From positions 1 to 36,681 of IMG/VR virus record IMGVR_UViG_3300038321_000136: a stretch of DNA of 36,681 nucleotides; one strand, given 5' to 3'. Of this stretch, positions 21,331 through 30,766 are shown one piece after another. Each line of letters starts with the position of its first letter. Within the stretch, counting starts at the first letter, position 1. A program made the position numbers and the translations under genes. The notes under the pieces were generated by a model that saw nothing but the letters and a program-made list of their open reading frames with translations, made no database searches and had not been told where the DNA came from. The stretch is from a virus.

Positions 21331-23921
21331 CAGATCACCACCTGTGTCCCGATGTTCCGGAGGGTGCGTTTCGTCGTGTTCATCATCGTCTCGGCGTCGG
21401 CCTTTGGGGAGTTGACGACCAGGTTCTGGATAGTCACGCCCGGCGCGTTCCGGTTCAACCACGCCTGCGCGGATGCGGCGTTTGCGGACTCGACCGTCTT
21501 GTCCCCGACTTTTACCGTCTTCTGCGCGAGTTCGGCGTATTTCAGGATCGCTTCATCCGACCAGATAGTGTCGTTCCCGCGCACCTCTGTCCGCCGTTCG
21601 CCGGTCGTCTGCGTGCCGGTGGCGCCGGTCTGATCGCCGCCCTGCTCACTGGGGGCGGCTCCCCCAGATGCACCGGCAACCGCTGCACCCGACGACGACG
21701 CGACGCTAAACGGCGACGTCGTGTAGGTCGGAACCTGGATGGTTCGCGCCGGGAGTTCGGGCGGTTTACCGATCATTTTGCCATCCTTGTCATACTCAAC
21801 ATGGTAGGTGCGGGCATATGCCGGGTTAGCATCCATGAATTGGACGTACTCGGCGTGCTTCTGCGACTTGTCCGTCAGCGCGTCGTTGTTGAGTTGACTC
21901 ATGAAGTTCTCGTGCGCGACCTGTGCCGTCTCCCGCGCCGTGAGCGCGTTCTGAAGTTTTTCGGTCTCCTCTTCGAGCGCCCCTTTGATCTCCTCCAGCC
22001 GTGCCTGTGCGCTGGAGACACTCTCGCCGTTCAGTTCGGTCTCAATATCAATCCGCTCCTGCTGCGCAGTGCTTGCTGCATCGAGTGCATCTTGATACCG
22101 ATCCTGTGCGTCGGCAACGTCGAGCACCGCCTCCCGCTCGTCGATGAGGAGGTCTTCGAGTTCCCGCTTTGCGTCGGCGTCGCCGCCCGCCGCCTCTGCC
22201 TGCTTCTGCTTGATCTCTTCCCGGAGGTCGGCAAGGTCGCGTTCGGCCCGGATCTTGCGGATATCCGCCCGCTCGACGTCGCGATCAGCGTCCTTGATCT
22301 TGTCTTCGATCCCAAGCGCCTTGTCGATCGTTTCCTTGAGTGCGTCGTACTCTTTCTGCAGCTCCGTGACCTTCCTCTGGTGCCCGGTGACTGCTTTACT
22401 CGCCTGCTCATACGCAGTCTTCGCCCCATCCGCGAGGCGGCGGTTCTGGAGTTCGGTATCCCGGATTGCCTGCGCCGCCCGGTTCTCGGCGAGTTTCAGG
22501 TCGAGCGCGGAGAGCGCCGCGTCCTTCTGCGCCTGCGTCAGGTTGCCGATCGCAACGGTGCCGTCCTCAATCGCTTCGGTCGTGTCTTCAAACTCGCGGG
22601 TGAGTTCGCCGGTCGCGAGTTTGTGCCACCCGGTCGCCTGGGTCGCCTGCCGGGTTGCGAGCGTACCCCGGTCAGTGACGACGTTCTGCGCTTTGAGCGC
22701 CTCGATGTCGGCGAGGATCTGCTGCTCCCGCTCCTTGAGTATGTCGATCTCGTCCTCGATCGTCTCCGTGGATTTTTCAGAGAGGTCGCGCACCTCCCGG
22801 AGCGCGTCGGCATACTCGTTCGTCGCGTCCGTCGCGTCGTTTGTGCTCGCGATCAGCGGGAGGAGCACGGCGCCGAGCGTGGTGACGCCGATGATTGCGA
22901 GGCCGAGTGGGTTCGCCATGATGGCGGCGGTAAATCCCTTCGTAGCGACCGTAGCAGCGAAGGCGCTCGCCTGGTAGGTGCGGTAGAGGGAGATCGTCGA
23001 TCCTAAGGAGCCGGCGAGTGTGCCGATCCCCCAGATCGCCGGCCCGGTCGCAGCGGCGAAAAGTCCAGTGGTGACGATCACTTTTTTCGTGCCCTCGTCG
23101 AACCCGGAGATCCATCCGATCCCGTCGCGCACCACCGAAATGAGATCCCGGGCCATTGGCATGAGGATCTGCCCGAACTCCTCACCGAGTTCTTTGAGGT
23201 CGGCGGTGAGCGCCTTCGTCTGGTTGGCGAACCCGTCAGCCTCCCGGGCGGCGGCGCCCTGCGCGTCGGTCGTCGCCTGCATGATGATGTTGAGCCGCGC
23301 CTGCGCTTTCTCGGCATCTGACGCCGCCTTCGTCCCGCCGACGACCCCCATCGTGAGGAGTTCCTGCTCGACCTTGGCCTCGTTGATGACGACCCCGAAC
23401 CGCTTCATCGGCTCGTATTCGCCGGTGATCGCGGATCGCAAAGCGTTGAACGCCTCGATATCGGAGGAGTTGTGGAACGCCCCCATATCAACGGAGAGCT
23501 GGGTGATAGTCTTCGAGAGTTCCGCGCCTTCCTCCCCGCCGAGCCCCATCGCCTTGACGATCGACATCATCGTGGCGGTGGTCTCCTTGAGGTCGGTGCG
23601 GGCGCGGCCGACAGCGTTCCCGTACTCATCCACCCACTCATTCATGTCGTCGGTGAGGTCGCCGAAGACCTGCTCGAACTTGGCCTGTGTCTCTTCGGCG
23701 TCGCTCGCGAGCGCGACCATCCCGGCGCCTGCGAGCGCGAGCGGGGCGGTTACTTTGAGCGTCATGTCGGAGCCGATGCTCGTCAGGGATTTGCCGATGC
23801 TCTTGAGGTCACCCTCAAACCCTTCGGTCTGCTTCTTCGCTTCCTCGTAGGCCCGCGTCAGCCCGGCGATGTCGCCGACGATCTCGACGACGAGTTTTCC
23901 TGCGCTTGTTTCACCGACCAC
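21330..23921 (-). CDS. Tape measure protein (863 aa).
   Basis: GTG start is preceded by GAGGTGAT. The N-terminal region ...KVTAPLALAGAGMVALASDAEETQAKFEQVFG...YEPMKRFGVVINEA fits the TP901-type tape-measure domain. It also has hydrophobic segments, long coiled coils and the expected position. Confidence 0.9.
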   Translation of the reverse strand: MVGETSAGKLVVEIVGDIAGLTRAYEEAKKQTEGFEGDLKSIGKSLTSIGSDMTLKVTAPLALAGAGMVALASDAEETQAKFEQVFGDLTDDMNEWVDEYGNAVGRARTDLKETTATMMSIVKAMGLGGEEGAELSKTITQLSVDMGAFHNSSDIEAFNALRSAITGEYEPMKRFGVVINEAKVEQELLTMGVVGGTKAASDAEKAQARLNIIMQATTDAQGAAAREADGFANQTKALTADLKELGEEFGQILMPMARDLISVVRDGIGWISGFDEGTKKVIVTTGLFAAATGPAIWGIGTLAGSLGSTISLYRTYQASAFAATVATKGFTAAIMANPLGLAIIGVTTLGAVLLPLIASTNDATDATNEYADALREVRDLSEKSTETIEDEIDILKEREQQILADIEALKAQNVVTDRGTLATRQATQATGWHKLATGELTREFEDTTEAIEDGTVAIGNLTQAQKDAALSALDLKLAENRAAQAIRDTELQNRRLADGAKTAYEQASKAVTGHQRKVTELQKEYDALKETIDKALGIEDKIKDADRDVERADIRKIRAERDLADLREEIKQKQAEAAGGDADAKRELEDLLIDEREAVLDVADAQDRYQDALDAASTAQQERIDIETELNGESVSSAQARLEEIKGALEEETEKLQNALTARETAQVAHENFMSQLNNDALTDKSQKHAEYVQFMDANPAYARTYHVEYDKDGKMIGKPPELPARTIQVPTYTTSPFSVASSSGAAVAGASGGAAPSEQGGDQTGATGTQTTGERRTEVRGNDTIWSDEAILKYAELAQKTVKVGDKTVESANAASAQAWLNRNAPGVTIQNLVVNSPKADAETMMNTTKRTLRNIGTQVVI

Positions 23922-24527
23922 TCACATCACCTCGCTGTATCCGGGTGCCGAAGACCTGCTCGATCGCCGCCGCGTCCGGTGCGTCGGCGGGCGCCTGGGC
24001 AGCGCTGTGTGGCGTTGCCGGGGCGGGGTTCGGCCGATACATCATTTCCGTCGCGTAGGCATCAAACATCAGGAGTTGTGCCCACGATAGGCGATCGAGG
24101 CAGTATTCCGGAGTCCACCCATACGTCCGGCACAGGTGGGCGACGATCCGGCCCACCTCGATCACCGGTTTTTTCCGTCTCCCTCCGTGCCGTCGCCCTT
24201 GTCCCCGCCACCCCACCGGCGGAACGCCTGCGCGATAACGACCTGTGTCAGCCCTGCGAGCTGCGGCCGGGTGAGGTTGGCCATCAGCCACTCGTAGGTA
24301 ATCTTGGGGTTGGATATGTGGCAGATATCTGCGATCGCCATGACCATCTCGCCGTCAGGGATTTTGTCAAACCCGCCGTGTTCCTGCGTCGCCTGCGTCA
24401 GGGTCAGCGTGCCGCGAGCAGGAACGATCGTGAGATCGATCTCCTCAATCTCGCTGCCGTTGCCGATGCGGACGATCACCGGTTTCGGCGAAAGGGTGGA
24501 GAGGTCGATGATCTCCACCATGCTCAC
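23911..24527 (-). CDS. Tail assembly chaperone, -1 frameshift fusion product (about 205 aa).
   Basis: A -1 slip on A_AAA_AAC joins ...GDGKK to PVIEVGRIVAHLCRTYGWTPEYCL.... This second frame is open to 23911 and overlaps the tape-measure start. Confidence 0.6.
24162..24527 (-). CDS. Tail assembly chaperone, zero-frame product (121 aa).
   Basis: It lies between the major tail protein and the tape measure. It ends ...GGA AAA AAC CGG TGA, which includes a slippery heptamer. Confidence 0.7.
   Translation of the reverse strand: MSMVEIIDLSTLSPKPVIVRIGNGSEIEEIDLTIVPARGTLTLTQATQEHGGFDKIPDGEMVMAIADICHISNPKITYEWLMANLTRPQLAGLTQVVIAQAFRRWGGGDKGDGTEGDGKNR
24168..24174 (-). promoter_or_regulatory. Programmed -1 ribosomal frameshift slippery heptamer A_AAA_AAC.
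   Basis: The plus strand reads gtttttt at 24168-24174. It lies two codons before the zero-frame stop, and the -1 frame is open downstream. Confidence 0.6.
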
Positions 24528-25324
24528 ACCGCCTGCTCGTCGTAGATCTGGATGACGTTCTCGTCGTCGGGGAGCGCCGGATCGGGCCGCGCTGTCAGAG
24601 TGATCGGGATGCCAGCAGGTTCTCCGCCCGCGTCCGCCGTAAACGTGTGCTCGAAGTTGGACGACAGTTTGACCTTGAATAGCCGATACCGGTACTTCTT
24701 CCCGGCGGCGTTGGTGTTGGTCATCTGCACGGCGATGTACTTCGGGGTGGACCCCTTGCCGCCAAGTTTGATCGTCTTGCTGACGACCGGCGTGTAGCCG
24801 TAGGTGATCGTGAGGGTCTGGTCGTCCGTGGTGAGGGTATCCGAGTCGAGCACGACGATCCCAGTGACCCCTTCATCGTCGGTGATGACGTGGTAGTCGG
24901 TCCCGTCCACGAGCGTCGTGTTTGTTGACCCGGCGACCGAGGTGATGCTCGCGCTCGGCTGATCGGTGACCGGGATGAACTTGGAGTAGTCCCACGCACC
25001 AGACGCGACGACAAGAGTCTTGCCGCTGACAGGGGCGCCGGTCTCAGTCGTGACCGACCCGATCCCGAGTTTCGCCAGGGTCGCGAGCGTCCACTCGTGG
25101 AGTGTCGCCGTTACCTCGGCGCCGGTGATCTGGTCGGACACATCCACTTCGGGCGCGTTGTCCGGCTGGATGGTGATCGATTCTCTGGTCAGGACGAGTT
25201 TGGCACCCTTCAGGATGCCGACGTCCACCATATCGGTGAACGCCCCGGGGTGGTCCTCGACCTCTAGTTTGCAGCTCCCGAGCCGGATCGCGGCCGGGTT
25301 CTGCACATTTGTCTGGTAAGCCAT
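24524..25324 (-). CDS. Major tail protein (266 aa).
   Basis: It lies immediately upstream of the chaperone pair. It is Thr/Val/Gly-rich with beta-type composition. Confidence 0.7.
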   Translation of the reverse strand: MAYQTNVQNPAAIRLGSCKLEVEDHPGAFTDMVDVGILKGAKLVLTRESITIQPDNAPEVDVSDQITGAEVTATLHEWTLATLAKLGIGSVTTETGAPVSGKTLVVASGAWDYSKFIPVTDQPSASITSVAGSTNTTLVDGTDYHVITDDEGVTGIVVLDSDTLTTDDQTLTITYGYTPVVSKTIKLGGKGSTPKYIAVQMTNTNAAGKKYRYRLFKVKLSSNFEHTFTADAGGEPAGIPITLTARPDPALPDDENVIQIYDEQAV

Positions 25325-25328
25325 TGTC

Positions 25329-25712
25329 TCAAGTCTCCTCTAGGTAGGTTACGATCATATCGACGGGGATCCAGTAGATCCCGATCTGCTCGTCGTGGTC
25401 GTCATGCTGTCCCACGTAGCGCACATCCTCAATCCGTGCGCCGTCCCGCACCCCGCGATACCCGTGCAGGGCGCACCGCACCGCGTCAGCGAGGTCGGCG
25501 GCCCCTTTCCAGGTCGTCGCCATGCAGGTGTACTGCATCCGCGCCTGCACGAGCCCGGTCAGGCCGTCCTGTGGGCGGCTGATCATCTGGTAGACGACCG
25601 CCGGGAACGTCGGCTCTCGCGGTAGGTGCATCTGGTAGGCGCGGGTGCCGATGATCTCGGCGACGGCCGGGTCGGCGACGAGGACGGATCGGAGGATAGA
25701 CTCAATCTGCAC
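25329..25712 (-). CDS. Tail completion / tail terminator protein (DUF3168-like).
   Basis: Translation includes ...HLPREPTFPAVVYQMIS...ARMQYTCMATTWKGAADLADAVRCAL.... The position is as expected. Confidence 0.6.
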   Translation of the reverse strand: MQIESILRSVLVADPAVAEIIGTRAYQMHLPREPTFPAVVYQMISRPQDGLTGLVQARMQYTCMATTWKGAADLADAVRCALHGYRGVRDGARIEDVRYVGQHDDHDEQIGIYWIPVDMIVTYLEET

Positions 25713-26139
25713 GAGCCGCCCTCCGTGCTACGATGTCCGCGACCGCGCCCCGGAACTCTCCCATGGCGGCGCCTTTGTTCTCGTCGAGCGCCGGCCGGAT
25801 GTGGGGGCGAGCGGCCTGATTGTAGAACCGCCCGAGCACGTCTCTGCCGACGAACCCGAACTCCAGCCGGGGACCCTGTGGCTGATCGTTCCCGACGGTG
25901 ACCGTGCACCGCTCAGGGGTTTTCTCGACGGTTTCCAGGTGCCACCCGCGGCGGTAGGTGCCGGTCTTGTAAGGGGTGCGGCCGCCCTCCGGGATAGTGA
26001 TCCGCACCTGGTTGAGTACCGGCAGCGCCGCTGCCCGGGTCGCTGCTTCGAGCGCCGGGCCTCGGATGTCGTCGGCGAGTTGGGCGAAGGCCTTCGCGAG
26101 TTCCTTGCCACCCTTGACGACGATGGCGGGGTCACTCAC
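25702..26139 (-). CDS. HK97 gp10-like head-tail joining protein.
   Basis: GTG start forms a GTGA overlap. Translation includes ...GKELAKAFAQLADD...KTGTYRRGWH...LEFGF...ARPHIRPALDE. Confidence 0.65.
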   Translation of the reverse strand: MSDPAIVVKGGKELAKAFAQLADDIRGPALEAATRAAALPVLNQVRITIPEGGRTPYKTGTYRRGWHLETVEKTPERCTVTVGNDQPQGPRLEFGFVGRDVLGRFYNQAARPHIRPALDENKGAAMGEFRGAVADIVARRAARAD

Positions 26140-26411
26140 GGGAACCCCCCTTTCGCCAGCAGCGCGCCGGCGACCGAGATCAGGGTTGAGATTCCAGCGG
26201 CGATCTTGCTATCCTTGCCCGTCTGCTGATCCTGCCGCGTCTTGATCTCGGCGATGAGTTTATCCTGCGCGAGGATACGCTCATCCTGTGCCTTGTTCGC
26301 ATCCTTGATCTCGGTCAGCGTCTCCTTGATCCACCGGTTATCCTGCACGAGGACTGCCACGCCTTGCTTGGTCTCGTAGATCAGCGCCCGGAGGTCGTCG
26401 TCGCCGCTCAC
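26136..26411 (-). CDS. Coiled-coil protein with a C-terminal transmembrane helix (91 aa).
   Basis: GTG start forms a GTGA overlap. Translation includes ...KAQDERILAQDKLIAEIKTRQDQQTGKDSKIAAGISTLISVAGALLAKGGFP. Confidence 0.55.
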   Translation of the reverse strand: MSGDDDLRALIYETKQGVAVLVQDNRWIKETLTEIKDANKAQDERILAQDKLIAEIKTRQDQQTGKDSKIAAGISTLISVAGALLAKGGFP

Positions 26412-26761
26412 CGCACCACCTCGCAGGAGAGTGTGGTCATCGTGCCGAGGATCGACTCTACGAGCAGGATGTTGTAGGTCACGCCATCGGCAATCGCCCG
26501 GTCGCTCTCCTTGATATCAGGATAATGACCCTGCAGGGCGATCGAAAAATTGGCGACGACGTAGGTCTGGTTCGGGCGCTTGATCTCCCGGCCCTTGAGC
26601 GGCATGACGTTGCATGGTACATCGGTGTGCCGGTCCTTCCAGACCTCCGTTACCTGCCCGTCATCGTCCACACCCTCTGTCAGATATTGCACCCGGCAGA
26701 GGCTCGGGAAATGGCTCTGTAATGCCCCCATGAGCCGGGGGTCGACGAAGGCGGGCCTCAT
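26408..26761 (-). CDS. Head closure / head-tail adaptor protein (SPP1 gp16-like).
   Basis: Internal ATG at 26761 forms an ATGA overlap. Translation includes ...DDDGQVTEVWKDRHTDVPCNVMPLKGREI...SDRAIADGVTYNILLVE. Confidence 0.6.
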   Translation of the reverse strand: MRPAFVDPRLMGALQSHFPSLCRVQYLTEGVDDDGQVTEVWKDRHTDVPCNVMPLKGREIKRPNQTYVVANFSIALQGHYPDIKESDRAIADGVTYNILLVESILGTMTTLSCEVVR

Positions 26762-27117
26762 AGACCCCTCCTGAGGTCGGCCGAGAATGGTGTCCACGGT
26801 CCCGGGATGATCTCGATGAGGTCCTCGTCGTCAGTCGCCGCCTGGGCACGGAGGCTCTCCGCCTGTTGATGTAATGCGTTGGCTACCGCTTGCCCGTTCG
26901 TCTTGAGGCCATTGACCTCGATGTACTTGAGGATGAGCGCCTGCGACGCGGCGATCTGGTCGAGCGCCTGGGCGGCTGCGAGACGGACATCCTGCTCGTT
27001 GAGCCCGAGGAAGACGTCGATCTCTTCGTCAGAGAATATCTCGTAGTCAGGATCGCGGTCGGTGCAGAGCAGCCGGACCACGCCGAGCGGGGTGCCGGGA
27101 TCGTACGTGAATGTCAT
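26758..27117 (-). CDS. Head-tail connector (gp6-like) protein.
   Basis: Assigned by position and size. Translation includes ...VVRLLCTDRDPDYEIFSDEEIDVFLGLNE.... Confidence 0.55.
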   Translation of the reverse strand: MTFTYDPGTPLGVVRLLCTDRDPDYEIFSDEEIDVFLGLNEQDVRLAAAQALDQIAASQALILKYIEVNGLKTNGQAVANALHQQAESLRAQAATDDEDLIEIIPGPWTPFSADLRRGL

Positions 27118-27275
27118 TCCTTCGGCTCCTTCAGGCGGCGGGGCCGGGGCTTGCCCTCGCCCCGGATCTCAGTGCGGATTGCTCGCAGTTCGTTGATGAT
27201 CTCCTTCTGTCCGTCGATGGCGTCACAGAGGAGTTCATCTGTTACAGTGACCGGAGTCGGCGGGATTTTACCCAT
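27114..27275 (-). CDS. Small hypothetical protein (53 aa), below the ORF-track cutoff.
   Basis: ATG at 27275 is preceded by GGAGGTGAGGTGAT. Its stop forms an ATGA overlap with the next gene. Confidence 0.4.
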   Translation of the reverse strand: MGKIPPTPVTVTDELLCDAIDGQKEIINELRAIRTEIRGEGKPRPRRLKEPKE

Positions 27276-27301
27276 ATCACCTCACCTCCGGGAGGGGGGG
27301 A

Positions 27302-28486
27302 TTACGTCCCCGAGCCTGCACCGGTGCTGCCGACCGTGAACCGATAGTCACCCTGCCGACCGCCGAACACCGCCCTGACCTTGAACTGGATCGAGTCCGT
27401 GTCGAAATCACCCTCGTAGGCAGTCGCAGCGGTCCCGGAGAGACCGATCGCGTTCGGGCTCTTCATGAAGATCGCCGGGGCCTCGTGCCCGCGAAGGTGC
27501 GCCACCTCGACCGCCCCGCGACCCTCGGCCGGATCGGCGAACAGGTACCACTGTGTGTGGGCGTTGGCAGTCGAGGCGAGGATCGGCGCGTAGGAGAGAA
27601 CCGCCACCTTGAGCCCGCCAGCCTTGATCCAGTTTGTCGTCTCGATCTCCTGCTCACTGGTCCCGCCGCCACCTGTCCGGGCCTTGATGACGAGCGCGTT
27701 GACGATGTTGTTTGCGGTCGGTTCGAGTGCAGGGGGCACGGCGAGGACGGTCGGGCGGTTGAGGATCGGTTCTCCGCCGGCATCGGTCATCTCGCTCATC
27801 GCCTGGAAACCCTCCTGCACGGCCACCACGGAGAGCGGGGAGGTGAGCAGGTTGCCCTGTGCCTCTGAGTAGAGGGTCGAGTCGGGACCGCTCGCGCCTA
27901 CGATCAAGCCGGTGGCGAACTTCTCCTCGGTCCGGGCGGCTGCCAGGCCAAACCGGCGCGGGATGTCAGCGAACGCGCCCATCGCGTCGTTCCGGATCAT
28001 CTCCCAGGTGAGCGGGATGCGGGTTCCGTACTTCTTGACCCGGAAGGTCTTCTTCGCCTCTGCGAGCGTGGTCGCGGGATACTCGTTCTGTACCCCGACC
28101 TCGGGGAGTGTGCCGTCCCCGCCGGTGACCTCGTAGCGCTCGGCGTCGCGGAAGTCATTAACCTGCCCGACCATCGCCCATGCTGGGTATGAGACCGGCC
28201 ACGCCTTGTAGGAGCCGACCATTGTCTGGTTGAGCGCGACGCCCATCAGGAGGGGGAAGTCGCTTGCGCCCATCGCCTCACGGAGACGGTTCGCGCCGAC
28301 ATCTCCGATCTGGACGGCCTCGATTAGGTCAAGGGTTCGGATCACGCGCTGGTTGAACGCGACCCGATCGGCCTCACTCATTCGGCTGTAGATCTGCGAG
28401 ACGGAGACGCCCGCTTCGCCGAAGAAGTTCTTGATCGATGCGTTTTCCTTGGTGATGTCCCCCATCACGTCGTCAACTGTTGCCAT
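27302..28486 (-). CDS. Major capsid protein (394 aa), presumably HK97 fold.
   Basis: Assigned by position after the scaffold and decoration genes, by size and by composition. Confidence 0.8.
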   Translation of the reverse strand: MATVDDVMGDITKENASIKNFFGEAGVSVSQIYSRMSEADRVAFNQRVIRTLDLIEAVQIGDVGANRLREAMGASDFPLLMGVALNQTMVGSYKAWPVSYPAWAMVGQVNDFRDAERYEVTGGDGTLPEVGVQNEYPATTLAEAKKTFRVKKYGTRIPLTWEMIRNDAMGAFADIPRRFGLAAARTEEKFATGLIVGASGPDSTLYSEAQGNLLTSPLSVVAVQEGFQAMSEMTDAGGEPILNRPTVLAVPPALEPTANNIVNALVIKARTGGGGTSEQEIETTNWIKAGGLKVAVLSYAPILASTANAHTQWYLFADPAEGRGAVEVAHLRGHEAPAIFMKSPNAIGLSGTAATAYEGDFDTDSIQFKVRAVFGGRQGDYRFTVGSTGAGSGT

Positions 28487-28488
28487 GT

Positions 28489-28866
28489 TCAGATCCCTCC
28501 CTTGAGGGCGACCGGAATCTCTGCGACGACCGCATCGGTCGCGCCACTGGCGATTGCTCCGAGGGCAACCCCATACTCCGCGCCCGCGGTTGCGTTGGCG
28601 TCGATGATCGCCGGGGCTTCTCCCACCGGGGCGGTGTAATACACCTTGTCACCGATCCCGATCGCCTTGTTACTCGTCCCGTCGTGCCCGGTGACGGAGA
28701 GCTTATAGACCCCCTTCACCCGGACAGGGGCGTTGCCTGCCGCGTCGCGATCCTCCAGTGCGACACCGGCGATTGCGGCGATGACGACCGGATCCCCACT
28801 CTTGGTACCTGCCGGGACTGGGAGCGCGAGCGTGTCACCGGGGTAATAGACTTCATTCTTTGCCAT
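28489..28866 (-). CDS. DUF2190-like protein (capsid decoration/cement-like).
   Basis: Translation includes ...AGTKSGDPVVIAAIAGVALEDRDAAGNAPVRVKGVYKLSV...IGIGDKVYY.... Confidence 0.6.
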   Translation of the reverse strand: MAKNEVYYPGDTLALPVPAGTKSGDPVVIAAIAGVALEDRDAAGNAPVRVKGVYKLSVTGHDGTSNKAIGIGDKVYYTAPVGEAPAIIDANATAGAEYGVALGAIASGATDAVVAEIPVALKGGI

Positions 28867-28868
28867 GC

Positions 28869-29960
28869 TCAGATGCCTCCGAATACTTTGATACGCTCTT
28901 CGAGCGCCTTCTCAGACTCTGCAAGCGTCGCTGTCAGGGTTGCGGGAGCGCCCATGCCCTCGACCCTGCCGGCGCCGAGTTTCGCGAGATACTCGGCCTC
29001 GGCCTTGACGGCCGCCTCGATCTTCGCGGCGTAGGTCGCCTCATCGAGTTTGCCGTCCTTGACGACAGGGCTCTTGCCGAGCGACTCGATGATCCGCGCC
29101 TTAGTGAGGTCGGGGATCTTGGCGCTCTTGACCTTTGCCTCGACGAACGTCTTCGCCTCGACGATGAGGAGTGCCTCCTTCAGGCGGGCGTTCTCTGCCT
29201 GCGCTGCTTCGAGGGCTGTCTCGGTCTCTTTGAGTTTCTTCTCCTGCTGTGCCTGCGCTTCCTTGACGGCGGCGCTGTTCTCGATCTCCTTCCGGACCTC
29301 CTCGATGATCTCGGGGTGCTCCTTGCGGAGCGATTCGAGCGTGAGTTTCTCGGGTTTTTCGCCTACCATGGATTTTCCTGCTTCGGTTTTCTGGTCGTCT
29401 GTCGGTTCTGTCGGACGGGCGGCGCGGAACGCTTCAGCAATCGCCCCACCACGCCCCGGCACGGTGACGAAATCGACCGAGCGGGCGGCGACAATCCGGG
29501 CGATAATCTCGCCCTTCTTGCCCTCCGCCTCGCCCTGCTTCGACTCGCCCCATACGTAGTGGGACAGGCCGATGTACGGCCCCATCTCCGCCACAGCGTC
29601 GCGGTAGGCGGAGAAGACCTTCGCCCGCGAGTAGAGCCCCGGCCCTTTCGACCCCTGTTCATCCCACCGGGCGTCTTCGGTCAGGACGCCCGCGAGGTCG
29701 CGGAGGTCCCGCTCGGGGCGCTCTTTCTCGTCGGTCGTGCTCGGGTGGTTCCAATACATCTGGAGCCCGGCCGCGTAGACCCGGGCGTTGGCCGCCTGCT
29801 GCAGGACCTCGCGGGAGTAGTAGCCCGAGGAGCCCCACCCGGCGTCGATGATCTTGACGGGGATCGTGCCCTTGTCGTCAGTTTTTGCTTCGATGAGCGG
29901 GACAATTGCCCCGCTGAACTCGCGTAATTCTCCTGTCACACTCTCCATCCCTCCTGTCAT
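28869..29960 (-). CDS. Scaffolding protein (363 aa), possibly a prohead protease-scaffold fusion.
   Basis: Internal ATG at 29960 forms an ATGA overlap. It has a globular N-terminal half and an Ala/Glu/Lys coiled-coil C-terminal half. It lies between the Mu-F-like gene and the capsid gene. Confidence 0.6.
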   Translation of the reverse strand: MTGGMESVTGELREFSGAIVPLIEAKTDDKGTIPVKIIDAGWGSSGYYSREVLQQAANARVYAAGLQMYWNHPSTTDEKERPERDLRDLAGVLTEDARWDEQGSKGPGLYSRAKVFSAYRDAVAEMGPYIGLSHYVWGESKQGEAEGKKGEIIARIVAARSVDFVTVPGRGGAIAEAFRAARPTEPTDDQKTEAGKSMVGEKPEKLTLESLRKEHPEIIEEVRKEIENSAAVKEAQAQQEKKLKETETALEAAQAENARLKEALLIVEAKTFVEAKVKSAKIPDLTKARIIESLGKSPVVKDGKLDEATYAAKIEAAVKAEAEYLAKLGAGRVEGMGAPATLTATLAESEKALEERIKVFGGI

Positions 29961-30766
29961 GCTATCGGTCTCCTGCGGTACAGGATAGCGCACCGGCACC
30001 CGGGGAACCGGGGCGCGTGCTGGTGGCCGCTCGGAAACGGTTCGTCGACCGGGATCCATCCTGCCTGCGAGTTCTGCCGGCACCCGGCCGAGACTCGGTC
30101 GTCGCCGACGGTGCTCCACTGCTTTTCCATCTCCAGGCCGACCGCCACCATCTCATCGATGACTAGGCGGTTGCCCTCCTCGTATGCCTCCGCCGCTTCG
30201 TTGACGGCGATGAGCTCGGCCCGGTTGCGGATGTGCCGGGGCCGGGTGATCGGGATCGCATACTCGTTGTACTTCTCGGCGATCTCCCGGGCGACTCTCT
30301 GATAGCTGTAGCCCTCCTCCATCCCCCGGGTCAGGATCGCCGTCAGGTCCGCCCGCGTGGTCGCGTCGATCTCCTCGACGGACGCGGCGGCCTGGGCCGC
30401 GATCGCCTGGACCGCCCGGGGGTTTTTGAGGTCGAAGGCGTGATCGACACCGAACTCCGCGACCCGATGACGAGCGGCGGCGTCGATGGCCGCTGCGGCT
30501 GCCTCCTCGATCGGGCCGAGGAACTCGGCGAGCGTCGCCTGATACGCGGCTTCGAGCGCACCCGCGATCGCGGGCGGGGCGGAGGCCTCGCCGTAGATCC
30601 CCGGGCCGACCCGCTCGAACTCCGCCATGAATGCGACTTTGTGCCCCCGGAACGCCTTCGCCATCTGCCGGGCGAGTTTTGTCTCGATAGGTTTGAGTGC
30701 CCGGTCTCGCTTCCAGATCTTCGTCAGGGTGGCGATGTTTTCGAGGAGGTCACGGAGCGAGGTCAT
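29957..30766 (-). CDS. Head morphogenesis protein, Mu F / SPP1 gp7 family.
   Basis: Internal ATG at 30766 forms an ATGA overlap. WSTVGDDRVSAGCRQNSQAGWIPVDEPFPSGHQHAPRFPGCRCAI is the family signature. Confidence 0.8.
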   Translation of the reverse strand: MTSLRDLLENIATLTKIWKRDRALKPIETKLARQMAKAFRGHKVAFMAEFERVGPGIYGEASAPPAIAGALEAAYQATLAEFLGPIEEAAAAAIDAAARHRVAEFGVDHAFDLKNPRAVQAIAAQAAASVEEIDATTRADLTAILTRGMEEGYSYQRVAREIAEKYNEYAIPITRPRHIRNRAELIAVNEAAEAYEEGNRLVIDEMVAVGLEMEKQWSTVGDDRVSAGCRQNSQAGWIPVDEPFPSGHQHAPRFPGCRCAILYRRRPIA

